NCBI GenBank assembly: GCA_036172245.1
Contig: JAYWIR010000089.1
Location: 124,001-188,000 of the forward strand
Direction of reading: 5' to 3'
From: Raillietiella orientalis
Taxonomy: Eukaryota
Length of the DNA: 64,000 nt
Every line of letters begins with the position of its first letter. The stretch's first letter is position 1. This document shows positions 24,440 to 36,391 of the stretch, piece after piece. The notes below the pieces were generated by a model. It did no database searches, was not told the DNA's origin, and saw only the letters and a program-made list of their open reading frames with translations. Made by a program: the position numbers and the translations under genes.

Positions 24440-27400
24440 TGGGAGTATAAATACGCCCTTTCGTTACGGAAGGACGTGTTTTTCCGGCGCTCCGTCAACG
24501 AGTACCGGAAAGCGGTTTTTTCTCGAGTGAAGTGTGTGCTTTTTCACATCGTTGGTGTCCGATGGCATCGCTGCCAGGGGACACCACGATGGAGGTAGCA
24601 GTGAGTAAGGCTAGTCCCACCCACACCCTACAGAACAAGGGGCATCCTCCCCGGAATAATCTCCGGCGACGCCGAGGACCTGGAGCGCCATGGTGGGCGC
24701 GCAGAGCGCGGAAACCTTGGCGGAGGAAGCGGCTTACAGGGCCGCTGGATATAAACCATCTCTGGTTTATAAGGAAGGACCCCTGTTTGATGGTCGCACC
24801 GCCCGAGCCTTTAGTAAGGCAATGCAGGACTTTCCTGTACGAGAAGTGGATCTCTACGGCCTCTCCGTACTCAGCGGGAGGCAGCGCGTGGAGGTCGTCT
24901 GCAAAGACGTAGCCTTAGCACAGCGCCTGATAAACACTCCGCTGAATGTGGATGGCCGGAAGATCGTATCGGTTAGCATGGACCGCTCCGTAGTGGTCCA
25001 TCTAACCGAGATTCCGAACCGCATGACGCGCTCTGCGGTCAATAATGAATTACAGAAGTACGGTGAGGTACACGCGTTGTGGCCAAAGCCAACCATCTTT
25101 GATGGCTTTAATAGCCATTTCGGAGGCCAGGCTGCAGCGTGTCACTGTCAATGAGGTTCTGGGTTGCCCCACAAACCAAGGAGGTCGCGAAGGAATCTGT
25201 CGACCTCTGGTACATGGGGAAACCCCGCACTTGTGGCTACTGCGACGCAGTTAGGCACTTGCGCAAGCGGTTCACGAACATTGAGTGCTACTTGTGCGGG
25301 GTTAAGGGACAGGTGCATCGTGTGTGCCCTAAACGCCCCATCCCGGTGCCTCCTGCTGCCAAAAGGGCACAGGGCAAGCGCGTAAAGCTGGTAGAAAGAC
25401 CAGCGCGCGATAATGGCCGGACCCAGCCGCCATCTACTCCTACTCCCACCCAGGCGTCGGAGGATAAAACCGCGGAAGGCGCGCGAGTGGAAGAGGGATG
25501 GCAACTGGTAAAGGCCAGGAAAGAGAAAAAAGAGGTCAAAGGACCAGTGGAGAAAACGGAGAAAAAGAACACGGCCGGCAAAAAGAATAAAGCCACGTTG
25601 CTGTCAAAAAATCTCCGCGAGTACTCGGTAGCATTGGAACGCGTCAGCGTTCCCTAGGCTGCCACCCGGGCCGACGAGCCTCCCCTCGCCGTTTCCGTCG
25701 CGCCCGAGGTTCGCGACGGCGAACCCTCTGTGCAAACAGAGGGTGAGCCGTGTGACTCGGGAAGCGACAGCGAGGACGCCGCGTTGGCGCAGGCGGCGGA
25801 GGAGCTCGCGGCCACGCTGGCCGAGCGTGAGAACCCCTCACGCAAGGCCGTCGAAGGCCGGCTCCGGTCCAGAAGGCTCCTGCAGGTAAGTGCGACCTGG
25901 GGACCGGAAGTTCGTCCTACTTCCGCGGAGTCACCCTCCTGGAAGTCGGGACGCAACTCCCAGAGAGCCCAGAGGCGCCTCTGCTCCACCAGCGAGGAGG
26001 AGAAGCAGGAAGGTAGCCGAAGCGTGGGAATCCCGGGGAGGGAACTCCCACGCCCAGAAGCCGTCGAGGCGGCCACCTCCATGGAGGAGGGTGAAGTCCA
26101 CCCTGCAGTCGCCCACCCTGAACAGCCCGCTCCCCATGGAGGAGGGCCAACATGTAGGCGCGACCCCACCTGCGGGTGACCTGCTCGACGCGCCGTTACC
26201 CATGGAGGAGGAGGGCCAGGTGCCTTCAACATTTGACCCTCCTCCTCCACCTTGCGTCCCACCCCAGCAGGTAGCGCACGCCGCATCGCCATCTTCCCAG
26301 GATTAACACCTGGGCTCGCCAGTCGCCGTCGGATTCGCGCGGCTTGTTAGTATGTCAACCGGCTGCGCGACGACGGCAACAGGCGAGATACAGCCGACAC
26401 CCTGCGTGAGCTCGACCTGGCCCTGTTGCAGGAGATCCACGTGATCACCATGGCAGACGTATAGGAGATCGAGACGATCGCGGGAAGTACTGGCTATGCG
26501 GCGCTCACAAAACCTGCGGGGTCGCGTTCTTCGTGAAGCCGGCCATCGACGCTGCCGTGACGAGCGTGCGCTTCGATGACGACGGTCGGGTCGGTCAGCT
26601 GACTCTCGGCTGGTCCGACTCGATCGATCTGATCGTCACGAATGTGTACGCCCCAACCGGTCAAAAGGGATACAGCAACCGTACCAGGCTGCTTGAATCC
26701 CTGAAGCGCGACTGGCTGGCGGACACGAACGTGCGGAAGGCTCACCTGATATCTGGAGATTTCAATTTCCGCCTGCTAAGAGGTGAGGCTGAAACACAGG
26801 AGAACGCGATGAACAAGTTGTGCGCCGCCATGCGTGCGCGCAACTTGTTCGCGGGTGAGAGGGGAATGGTCTTCAGCATCGACCACGTCTTCCTCGACGC
26901 TGACGTGTCATCACGCGTCGGCAAACGGGGGAAGATTGCGTCAACGCTGTCGGACCATTCCCGGCTTATTTTCGAGATGCGGTCTCGCGACAAGGGACCG
27001 CCATCTAGGGAGTTGCGTCTGCCTGGGAACTGGACGCTACTCTCAGGTGCGAAGGAACACCTTCTCGAATTCCTGAGAGGTGTCACGCTCCAGAATCTTC
27101 AGGACTGGGACCTATTTAAGGAATCCGTCCATGAGTTCTGCGAGCAGTTTCCCTTGGACCCCCTGCCCCACGGATTTGCTGAGGGCCCTCGCAACCATCG
27201 GTCTTATTTACAGGCCCGTCGGTACGAGAGAACCCTTAATGTCCGTCGCCTTGCCGAGTACCGCGCCTGGGTTAAACGTCAAGCCTGGTAATGCGGATCG
27301 GCCAGCTTGCTGAACGACCAGGGCCTGGAATGTACGTCCCCCCGTCGGTACGGCATCTCTTGCGGAGTTATTACTCCTACCTTTACGCCAGGGCGCCCCC

Positions 27401-28740
27401 GGATCAAGATGCTACTCGGCGGTCGCTTCCGGATGGCGCCTTGGTAATAGGAAAGGAGTCGTTAAGCCTCGACGAGCCTCTTTCCACCGGTGAAATTCTC
27501 GCCAGCATCAAAAGGCTCAAAAGGCGGAAAGCTCCAGGGGAAGACGGCTTGCCCGCGGAGTTTTTTCAAAGCTTCGCGGAAGAGCTGGCACCCCTGCTGC
27601 TTCAGCTGACAAGGCTGATCCGAGACGAAGGCGATGTTCCCGCCTCGTTTTGGTCAGCCTGAGTGAGGCTCCTTCCGAGAGGATGAGATCTCAGAAATCT
27701 GAACTACTGGCGTCCGATCACGATCGTGAACACGGACGCCAAGTTGCTTGCCGGGCTTTGGGCTTCGCGTTTGGGGCAGGTAGCAGAATCCATAATTAGC
27801 GCGGAGCAGAACTATGCTGTTCCCGGGCGAAGTATGGATGCCAACCTCTTCTTCGCGAGCACATGGATGCACGCGCAGAGGTGTCAGAAGGAAGAGAAAG
27901 GACAAATCGGCAACCCCACTTTGGGGCCGCAAGCAAGGCAGGGAAGGGACTTCCGGGCGGGGAAGGGAGCCCTAGCGCTCTCAGTCGATCTCCTTAAGGC
28001 GTTTGACTGTGTTGACCAGGAACTCCTTTTGGAGCTCCTGGGTCGCATGGGCTTTTAACCCTGCTTGATGACCTACTTGCGCTCTTGCTGGCGGAGTGCG
28101 ATTATCTGCATCTCTTTCAGCAGTCAGAAGGTGTACGGCGTGCTGGTGCAGTGGGACATAAGGCAGGGAGATAGCCTGAGTCCCCTGCTCTTCAGCACCT
28201 ACTTTGATTTGGTGCTGAGAGCGTATTGGGTGACTTTGGCCTCCTTGCCGAGCTCGTGACCCGGCACGCCCGCTGTAGCAGCCTATGCCGACGATCTTCT
28301 GCTCCTCTCACCTATGTCGACCCCGGCGTAGGCGTTCGGAGATTTCTTCGATCCGCTCAGCCGTGGGACCGGACTGAAGGTTAACAGGGCGAAGTCGTCG
28401 GTGGTGCCAGTAGGTGCGGCGTGGGCAGGGCAGCAGGACTGGGTCCGTCTGGGGATCCCCACGGCGAGGTCCCTCAAGCACCTTGGTGTGCCGTTGGGTG
28501 ACTACTCCCCTGCGGAAGCGTGGTCCAGCTGTCTTCAACAAGTTGAGACGGCAATCGGCCCGTTCCTGGAAGGCAAGTTTAACTCGCCGAAACGGACCGC
28601 GGTTTGGAACGCTTTTGTGGCCCCCATCCTCCCACCTTGCTTTTTGTTTGCCCCGCCTCCGGAGAATGTAAAAAGAGGACAAAGGACCTCCTCCGCATAG
28701 CCCTTTGGGGCAAGGACGGCTTTCCGACGAGTTCAAATAG
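24440..28740 (+). mobile_element. Near full-length decayed L1/Tx1-like LINE (5' UTR, ORF1, APE endonuclease, RT), 3' truncated; crosses the arm/spacer boundary
   Basis: ORF1 from ATG 24562 to ~26306 with two knuckles. ORF2 APE motifs LLQE, NVYAP, GDFN, IDHVF, SDH. RT motifs KAPGEDG, WRPI, DLLKAFD, RQGDSLSPLLF, AYADD, HLGVP. Several stops and frameshifts. Confidence 0.93.
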
Positions 28741-28779
28741 CTGTGGCGAACAGCAAGACACAGGCCGATAGACCACGTC

Positions 28780-31700
28780 CTTTACAGTACCGAATTAGAG
28801 AACCGCATTCAAGGTTTTCGTGACATCCGCAACGCGCTGTCCTATCACCCGTTGGTGCGATTTCTCCTAAGGACGGAAAATCCTCGCCGAAGGCAAGGCA
28901 CCAGGGCGGCACTCATCAGCATGCCCACCTGGTACGAGAACCATTTCTGTCATGAGGAAGTTCTGGAGACGTTTCTGAAGACCACCACGGTCCGAAGAGT
29001 CGCCGACTGGGACAGCCTGAAGCACAGGATCCATCTCTTTGCAAATATGCAATTCGGAGATAGGAGATTGAGGCAGAAGGCGTATTGGGAGCTTCACATC
29101 TAAAATCGCTCCCTCTCAAAGTACTTTGATCAGTACGAGAGTCGGTACGTCCTTCATAGCACAAAAGGAAAGATCGGCGAACTGGAGAAGAAGAATCTGA
29201 CCACAGATATCTTTCGGATTCAGTACGGCGACCATAGCCGACACACGTCGGAGGACATAGTGGATGCCGTCGAAAGGTATTACACGAAACACTTTCGGCG
29301 CGATCATCTGTGTCAGGCGATACAGAATACCTTCTTGAGTCATCTGAAAAGAAAGATTGGCGAGCTCCAGAGTAAGAGTCTGGAGGAGGATTTTTCCGAG
29401 GAAGAGGTGAAGACTGCGTTTAAGGAATTACGCAAGGATGTAGCGGCAGGACCTGAAAGTGTTCCCATCAGTCACTATCAACAATACCTGCCCGCCTACT
29501 TGCGGTTATTCCACCAGTTGACCCTCTGCATCCGCCAAGAAGGACGATTGCCGGAGTCCTTCTACGAGAGTAGGACAAGATTGTTGCTGAAAGGTGGTGA
29601 TCTAACGCAGATCACCCAATGGAGGCCAATCTCAGTGCTCAACTCGGATGCCAAGTGGTTGGCAAAGATCTGGGCCAACCGCTTAGGCAAGGTTATGGCG
29701 AGGCTGATTTCTCCCGTCCAGACATGTGCAATACCCGGAGGTTACATGTCGGACAATGTTAAGTGCGCGCAGGCCACCGTGGGACATAGCCGATACGTCG
29801 GCGAGAATCTGGTGCTGACGTTCACCGACATGGAGAAAACCTTCGACACCATCGACCAGGGGATGTTGCGGAAGATTGTGGAAAAACTGGGACTTCCCGA
29901 ATACTTCAGCACCTTTGTAGAAATGAGACTCCGGAATCAACGTCTTTGGATAAAGATCAACGGTTTACAAACAGCAGCTATTCGGATGGAGCGAGGAGTC
30001 CAGCAAGGCGACTCGTTCAGCCCAATGCTTTTTGTGATCTATATGGAGGCGCTCTCTCCATTCATCGAGAACACTGGGAGATTGCAAGGAATAAAAATTG
30101 ACAACCAGAAGCTCATCCATCCCGCCTAAGCGGATAATCTTCTCTTCTTCATCAGGGGAAAGAGGGAACAGCAAGCGTTTTTGGATGTGGTGATGCTCAT
30201 GAAACAGGGACTGGGCCTGAAGATCAACGCCCAAAAGAGCCAGCTTTTGCCCGTCGGAATACTGGATCTCTCCGCCCTCACGGGTAGTGGATCCCGTACG
30301 GTACTGGGAGTCCACATTGGCGACGACTTCGCTTCGAAGCTACTGTGGACGGAAAATCAAGGGAGAACGGCCAAGGAAGCAGCAAAATACACTCGAGTGA
30401 ACCTCGGGATGAAGCCAAGGGTCGACCTATGGAACGGAGTACTCCTTCCAAAGGTACTCTTTGTGGCGGCCTTCGCTAGAATGAACAAACAAACCACGAG
30501 AGAAGTAGAGAAGCTGCAGCGAAAAACACTGTGAGGCCACTATCGCCCGAGAGTTCGTTTGAAACGCCTGTCTTCTCAGGGAAGAATGCGGTTCCGGGAT
30601 GAATTCGCCTGCACATTCCATGGAAATCATGGATACCGACATATCCTGGACATAGCCAGCAACTGGGATGACTGGCCATATGCGGCGCATAGGGCCTACC
30701 CGTTGTTGCTGAACAACTCGAAAGGCCTGATGACTGGGCTGCTAGTCCGAGCAGGAGAGTGGATATCCATCAACCCAACCTGGAGGAGGAAGCGACGGCT
30801 GGTGCGTAAGCACAAAATTAAGATCGCGCCGCGAAACAGGGAACTCTGGCAGGAGGAGTTCATCCTGGTGATCCCTTGGATTCTTCCGGTCACTTCGGAC
30901 ACGAAAAGCTGGATCTACAGCGGTCCAGAGTTACCCTGCAAGGAATCCAGGGATGGAGAAGAGGAGGCTACCTACACCACACTCGTATACTTCGGTATAT
31001 AGAGATGATGTTAGGAAGGTTGACCCACACGACCTCCGAGGTGTGGATCAACCACAACGACCTCGCGTGGTCTAGGGTGACCAAATTAAACCTCTGAAGA
31101 CTCATAAAAGAAGAGGACCGAGACATCAGTGCCCTCCAAGAAGCCGCCGATCGCTACGGGAGTGACCGGATCAACCGGTTAGCGATCTGAACGACGCTCT
31201 GGAAGAGTGATCTTCCCCCGGACACGCACGACAACCTACTAATGTTTTATCATGGAGGAATTCAAAGCGAGTAAAGACTTCAGTACTTCACAGGAAGACG
31301 GGAAGAACAAGACGGCGCAGCATGTGGCGACACCGACACGAGACTTCACGTCTTGACGTGTCCCACATTGCTACACGACTGGCTGATCCTGAAAAGGATC
31401 ATTGGACTTGTCAACAGCTCCACAATGGAGATCCTCGCCGCGATGTTTCAGGGAGATGGTAATGTTCCCTGTTACATTCCCATGGTGAGGACGACCATTG
31501 CCCTATTCATCAACGCCATACTTGTGCGGTGGTAGAAGATGAGGAAGGCCAGGAGGGGCGCACCTCCGATGGATATCTTTCAAGGACTCATCAAGAAGGA
31601 GATCGGGATCAGGAATTGTGGAAGAATCCTTGCCTGGACGTACCGATTCATCCTGAAGTGGATTGAAGACGACGCCCGGAATCAAGCATCTGGAAACCCA

Positions 31701-31810
31701 CCCTGAAAGCAGAACTTGTGATATCCCCAAGGACTTCAAAGTGATGAAAAGTTGGTATGTTGTATGAATGTGATTGTAGAATGAATGTGTTTTATAAATT
31801 GAAAATAAAC
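28780..31810 (+). mobile_element. Decayed ORF2 of a second, more distant L1/Tx1-like family with 3' end
   Basis: WRPISVLNSD, DMEKTFD, GVQQGDSFSPMLF, A*ADNL (mutated YADD, ~30124), ACGDTDTRLHVLTC, aataaa at 31804-31809. Confidence 0.88.
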
Positions 31811-31839
31811 TTACCCCACCCTATGTGGGACTTGAGGAA

Positions 31840-33221
31840 AATTGCCGAGTCGGTCATGGGGCGGCTGCCTGAAGCGTGTATTTGCGCGGCACGCCGCTGC
31901 TTGTTACGGGTTTCGTGGCCGCCGCAGAGGCCCCTGCGTTGGATTGGGACTTTGCGGATTAGGGAAGGGACAGCGGGTTGGAGCTGGATGTCTTCGCCCT
32001 GTGGCGATATCCCTGCTTTCCTACCTTTCCTACCGAGGGTCTTCGGAAATTTCCCGGTTCCTGACTTGGAGAGGTTCTTCCGAGTACGGCAGCAAGGGCG
32101 GGCACGGCACGCGTCGAGCCCTCGTGCCCCTTTTTAATTGACTTCCCCGCCGTGAATTCTCCCTTTCGGGACATTGCGGGCGGGGACGCCTGTTGTTTAG
32201 CCGCGTATTGCTTGGCTCGTTTGCCAAGACTTCGCGGACACTGTTTTTTCTTGAGCGCAGCGGGCTTTCGTGCATTCGTCTGTTGGACTCTACGAAGTTC
32301 CGCTGCTGCCCTTTTGTTTGCAAGTACCGAACACCTTTTGATTTCGTGCCCGGTTTCTTTGCATTAACGGCATTTCGGGGTGAGACATTTCTTCATTCGG
32401 TGGCCCTCCTTGCCGCACTGCTCGCACGCGCGAGTCTGCCCTCTAAACCACAGATGAACGACCGTGCCGTTCACCTGCACCTGCTCGGGCACAACACACC
32501 TGTGCGCGACGGTGATCCGCGCGGAGGTTTGTCCAATGTGGACAGAGGGGAAATCCTTTAGAGGATTTTCTCTCCTCCACAGAGCGTGCACGGTGGCGAG
32601 TTTCGCCAGCTCGCTTACGACATCGGGGTCGGAGATTTCCGGCTCGATGTCGCACAACTGGACGACGAAAGACACGTCCATCACGGAAGGCAGGACTCCC
32701 TTCCCACCGATGGTCAGCGGATTACGGAGAAGGCGTTGCACAAGTGCCGCGTTCTTGCACCGTATCTTCGTGTATTCCATCCTGCCTGCAGGCATGATGG
32801 CAAGGAGTTCCTCCTTCCGAACGCCGATCCGGACGAGCTCATCGTTGAGCTCATGCCTGGTCCTCCCGTTAAGGGGCCCACTGACCTTATAACGGAGTGC
32901 GGACATGTATCCGGATGCCACATAAGCCTGCAACTCCGCATCGCAGGGTCCTGCTCCCTGGAGGTGACGGCGGCGTAGCTCCTCACCGAAGGCGAGGAAA
33001 CCGTCACGGAGGATGCGGCCGCCTGCATTCCAATTGAATTGGATTCAACGGCTGTCTCCTCCATACAATTCACAGAAGTGGCCATGCTGCATTACGCTGC
33101 TTCGTCCACTTCCAAGAAGCACACAAGTGCGAGCGAAAACGCACTCACAAAGATGCTCGATCGCGGACGCGGAGAGACGCGAAAACACGTCTGTACTGGG
33201 CGAGCGCAGGAGATCGAGTGG
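31840..33221 (-). mobile_element. LINE 5' end and ORF1 (one frameshift), 3' truncated
   Basis: ATG 33085 MATSV..RSYAAVT, then SGYMSALRYKVSGPL...HLWFRGQTRACEQCGKEGHRMKKC (CCHC knuckle); homologous to the other ORF1s. Confidence 0.88.
33186..33221 (-). promoter_or_regulatory. Putative internal Pol II promoter: Inr (CCACTC, A+1=33219) and DPE-like AGACGTG at +28
   Basis: Exact +28 spacing counted from the sequence. RGACGTGTTTT recurs upstream of two other ORF1 copies (14228, 24472). Confidence 0.6.
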
Positions 33222-33639
33222 CTCCCTGGGAGAGGTTACTATAGCAAACAGGTGGAGACCACTCCCGCGGAGTTACCTTTCTGCTGAAGTCAACCATTGC
33301 TAATGCGATGCGCACTGTACAGTTCGACGTTTTCACCCGATCAAGCCAAGGCGTTTATTGAAACACTTTCAGTCAGTTTTCGTGGAACAAGCCCCGTTGC
33401 GTCCAATAAATCTATGGCGCTGTCGGGTAGTCGATGATCAGTCAAACTTGACACTCCACGTTAGCGTCTGGGATTGGTTAAAAAAGAAAATGATAATAAT
33501 GACAAATTAAAGCGAAAAACCATTGTTCCTTGCAGGGCCGGGAAGGGATCACTGTCCGCTGCGTGAAGCTTCCATCCTTTTCAGGATGCCGACAAGGTCC
33601 CTGTGCAGATTTTTTAGGTGGGGCCATTGGGTTGCTATT

Positions 33640-34290
33640 CGCAGAAAGCGAGATGCATACTCCATGACATCCCTTCCGTTATCATCTTCTGTTTCGCCGG
33701 ATCCACGTTAAGCTGCCGCAATAGCAGCCGAGAGCTGTTTGGACAGCGGCTGGCTGCAGGGCGTCTTGTACAAAGAGGAGCCGAAAAACGTCTCTGGGAG
33801 GGCTACCTTCCACGATCCCTAAGGTGGTACTGGAGGGTTCCCAAAAGGGCAGGAGGGATACACAGTCAAATCAAACGTGGGAGGGATTCCCGCTACCAAC
33901 ACCAGGCATAATTGGGATTCATACTTCCCCATTTCCTTCTAGGGAGCGGACGTGGTTTGGCATCGCTCCGCGATCTATTTAGTAAGTAGCTTTTTGGTGC
34001 TTTTGTCTGGTGTGTGAGAGCGCCGGTGTCCCATGGCTTAAATGCCTGAGGATAACGCGAGGAAAATTGGGGGAGAAAAGGCGACTTGCTCTCCTCCACC
34101 CATGAGCGTGGAAGCATCCGCGCCAACGGAATATGAGGCACTTGCGCCATCGGAATCGGGGCAACCGCTCCTTCGATACCCTTTTCGCCAGTGGCGAGCA
34201 GTTAGAGTGCCTTCCTTGCTGCACCATTCCTGGCTGCAGCTGCGGAGCAGAGTGCCTACAAGGACAGCGGCTACAAATCGTCACTGATCC
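33640..34290 (+). mobile_element. Probable LINE ORF2 post-RT remnant
   Basis: RLWEG...VPKRAGGI (cf. FLW...PKxxGGL) and WRAVRVPSLLHHSWLQLRSRVPT (zf-RVT-like lead-in). Confidence 0.5.
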
Positions 34291-36391
34291 ATAAGGTAGA
34301 CAGTGTATTTGACGAAAAACTTGCAGGCTCTTTTGAAATGGAGCTGCAGAGGTTCTTAAAAGTCTGTAAACCGGCTATGGATGCCGGCGATGTCCTCTTT
34401 GACATCGACACGAAGATGATGCCACCTAGCAAACCTTTCCATGGATTCTGCTGCATACCGGTGAGCCTCCCTTTGCTGCAATGACAACTCCAGGGCGTAG
34501 CGGGCATTCACGATGGCGCCAATGCAACACATGGTTGCGACAATCGCGACTACCGAAAATCCATTCCTCCTGAAGAAGCGTCGCAGCACATCAATGACAG
34601 TGCCTTCCTGTGGCAGGATGGCTGCAATCAGCCTTCGCCACAGTTCACGGAGGTCACCGCAATCCAGCAAGAGGTGCGGAGAAGATTCGATCCCTCCGCA
34701 CCTCAAACAGTTTGCAAAGCAGCTCCCCCGGAAACCATGTTTCGCTGCCGATTACAGTGGAAGCCTCAGTGTAAAAAGAGCAGCACATCTTGTTTCCACT
34801 TTAAGGGGAACACGGAGCTTTCCGAACAAACGGGGAGAACCACTATTTCTTCGGAGGGTACACTTAAATGCTCACTCCACCGAAGCCAGCCCTTCTCTCG
34901 ATTACTAGGAGTGGCAGTTTCCACCAGCTGCTTTGTCCTGCAGCCACGGAGGACCTTACTGACTCCCGCTATTCCGCAGGAGAACTCCCATTTCGCCGGT
35001 AGCCAACTGTCGTTACGTGCCCTTAGGGCTAACAGTTCTGCGGCGAGTGGTGTAACGGCCAGACGATTTGACATCTTTTTGTCCTGCATGAATTCGTTCA
35101 TTGGATGAATGAGGAGAAGTCGCAGGCTTCGAAGATCTTACGGGCGCGTTCCTTCGGAAGCTGCCCACAATGAAAAATATACCTGCCGCCATGCGTTAAT
35201 GTTCATGGGGCGGCAGGAGATCCAACATTGGGCTTCCTGACAGCGTGAAACCAAACCCTATTCTGGTGTGCCGGAAGCGGGGTAGCAGCCGAAGCAGTCC
35301 CTCGCTTCTTGTGCAGCGCCTCAGAATAAGGCGTGCGTGTAAGCACCACGGCGTACACCACAGCTTGGCACAGAGCCGCAGCATACGAAACTGCATTTAC
35401 AGCTCGGTTCCGTTTCAGTCGAGGATGTCAAAGCCTGCATCCTGACGCGGCGCCATGGAGTCTTTAAGTCTTACGCGGGATCTAGCAGCGCTCCATAACA
35501 CTTTGCGTAGAAGGCGCTGCGCCAAGACTTTGACTTCCTGGGGGGGTGAACAAACAAAAAACATGGGCGAAGGAGGAGGACAACGAAGGTGTTCCAGATG
35601 CTGGCCCGTTCCGACAAGACGAACTCGCCTCCTGACAACGGCTTAAGTGCACGCTTTGCCTTCCGAAGGCAGTCCGACCACGCTTCTGAGATGCAGAAGT
35701 CGCCCAACGGCACGCCAAGGTAGCTCAGGTACCTGCCCGTGGGGATCCCCAGGCCGATCCAGTCGGACTGCCCCTCCCACGTCGCTCCAACCGGAACAGC
35801 CATGCTCTTGCTCCTGTTGACCCTCACGCCCGCACCGCGACGGATCAATTCAAAGAAATCTTCATGTGACACCGCCGGGATGGACATGGGCAACAGGAGA
35901 AGCAGGTCGTCGGCATAGGCTGCCACGGACGGCGTACCTGGACAGAAATTCCGCAGGTTGACTAGCGTCATTCTGTAAGCCTCCAGCACCAATCAAAATA
36001 GATTCTAAAGAACAGCGAGCTTAAGCTATCGCCCTGCCTGATTCCTCGCCGTACAGGCACGCCGTACACGCGACAGTCACTGAAAAACAATGGATGTAAT
36101 CGCGTGGTGCCAGCAGGAGCGCAAGTACGCCAATAGGGATGTTGGGAGACCCAGACGTTCCAAGAGCTCAAGAAGAAGCTTTTGGTTCGCGCAATCGAAA
36201 GCTTTGTGCAAATTGACCGCAACCGCCAAACTTCTTAAGCTTTCCCTTTGCGACCCGCGCCTCCGTCGGTGCGAGATCGAAGGCGTTGCTTCCGCACGAC
36301 GATCCATCGCCACGCGATGCTCCAATTGCAGCCATGTGCGGATGAATAGAAGGTTCGCGTGCATGGACCGCCCAGGACCAGCGTGCGTGTC
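34290..36391 (-). mobile_element. Decayed L1/Tx1-like ORF2 (RT to zf-RVT)
   Basis: THAGPGRSM, VNLHKAFD, GIRQGDSLSSLFF, AAYADD, YLGVP, NCLRCGGIESSPHLLLDC. Confidence 0.9.

Larger units (their letters stand above)
1..26480. repeat. Left arm of giant inverted repeat (palindrome), >=26.5 kb
   Basis: Nearly every ORF in 1-26306 has an identical or near-identical partner on the opposite strand with coordinate sum 62981-62983. Base 1 (gcttcgaagt) pairs with 62971-62980 (acttcgaagc). Identity ends after ...gagacgatcg at 26480. Confidence 0.98.

Noticed and set aside
24446..24453. TATAAATA as a TATA box
   Set aside because: It lies where the start site would fall relative to the DPE-like motif and is not conserved in the other 5' ends; not supportable alone.
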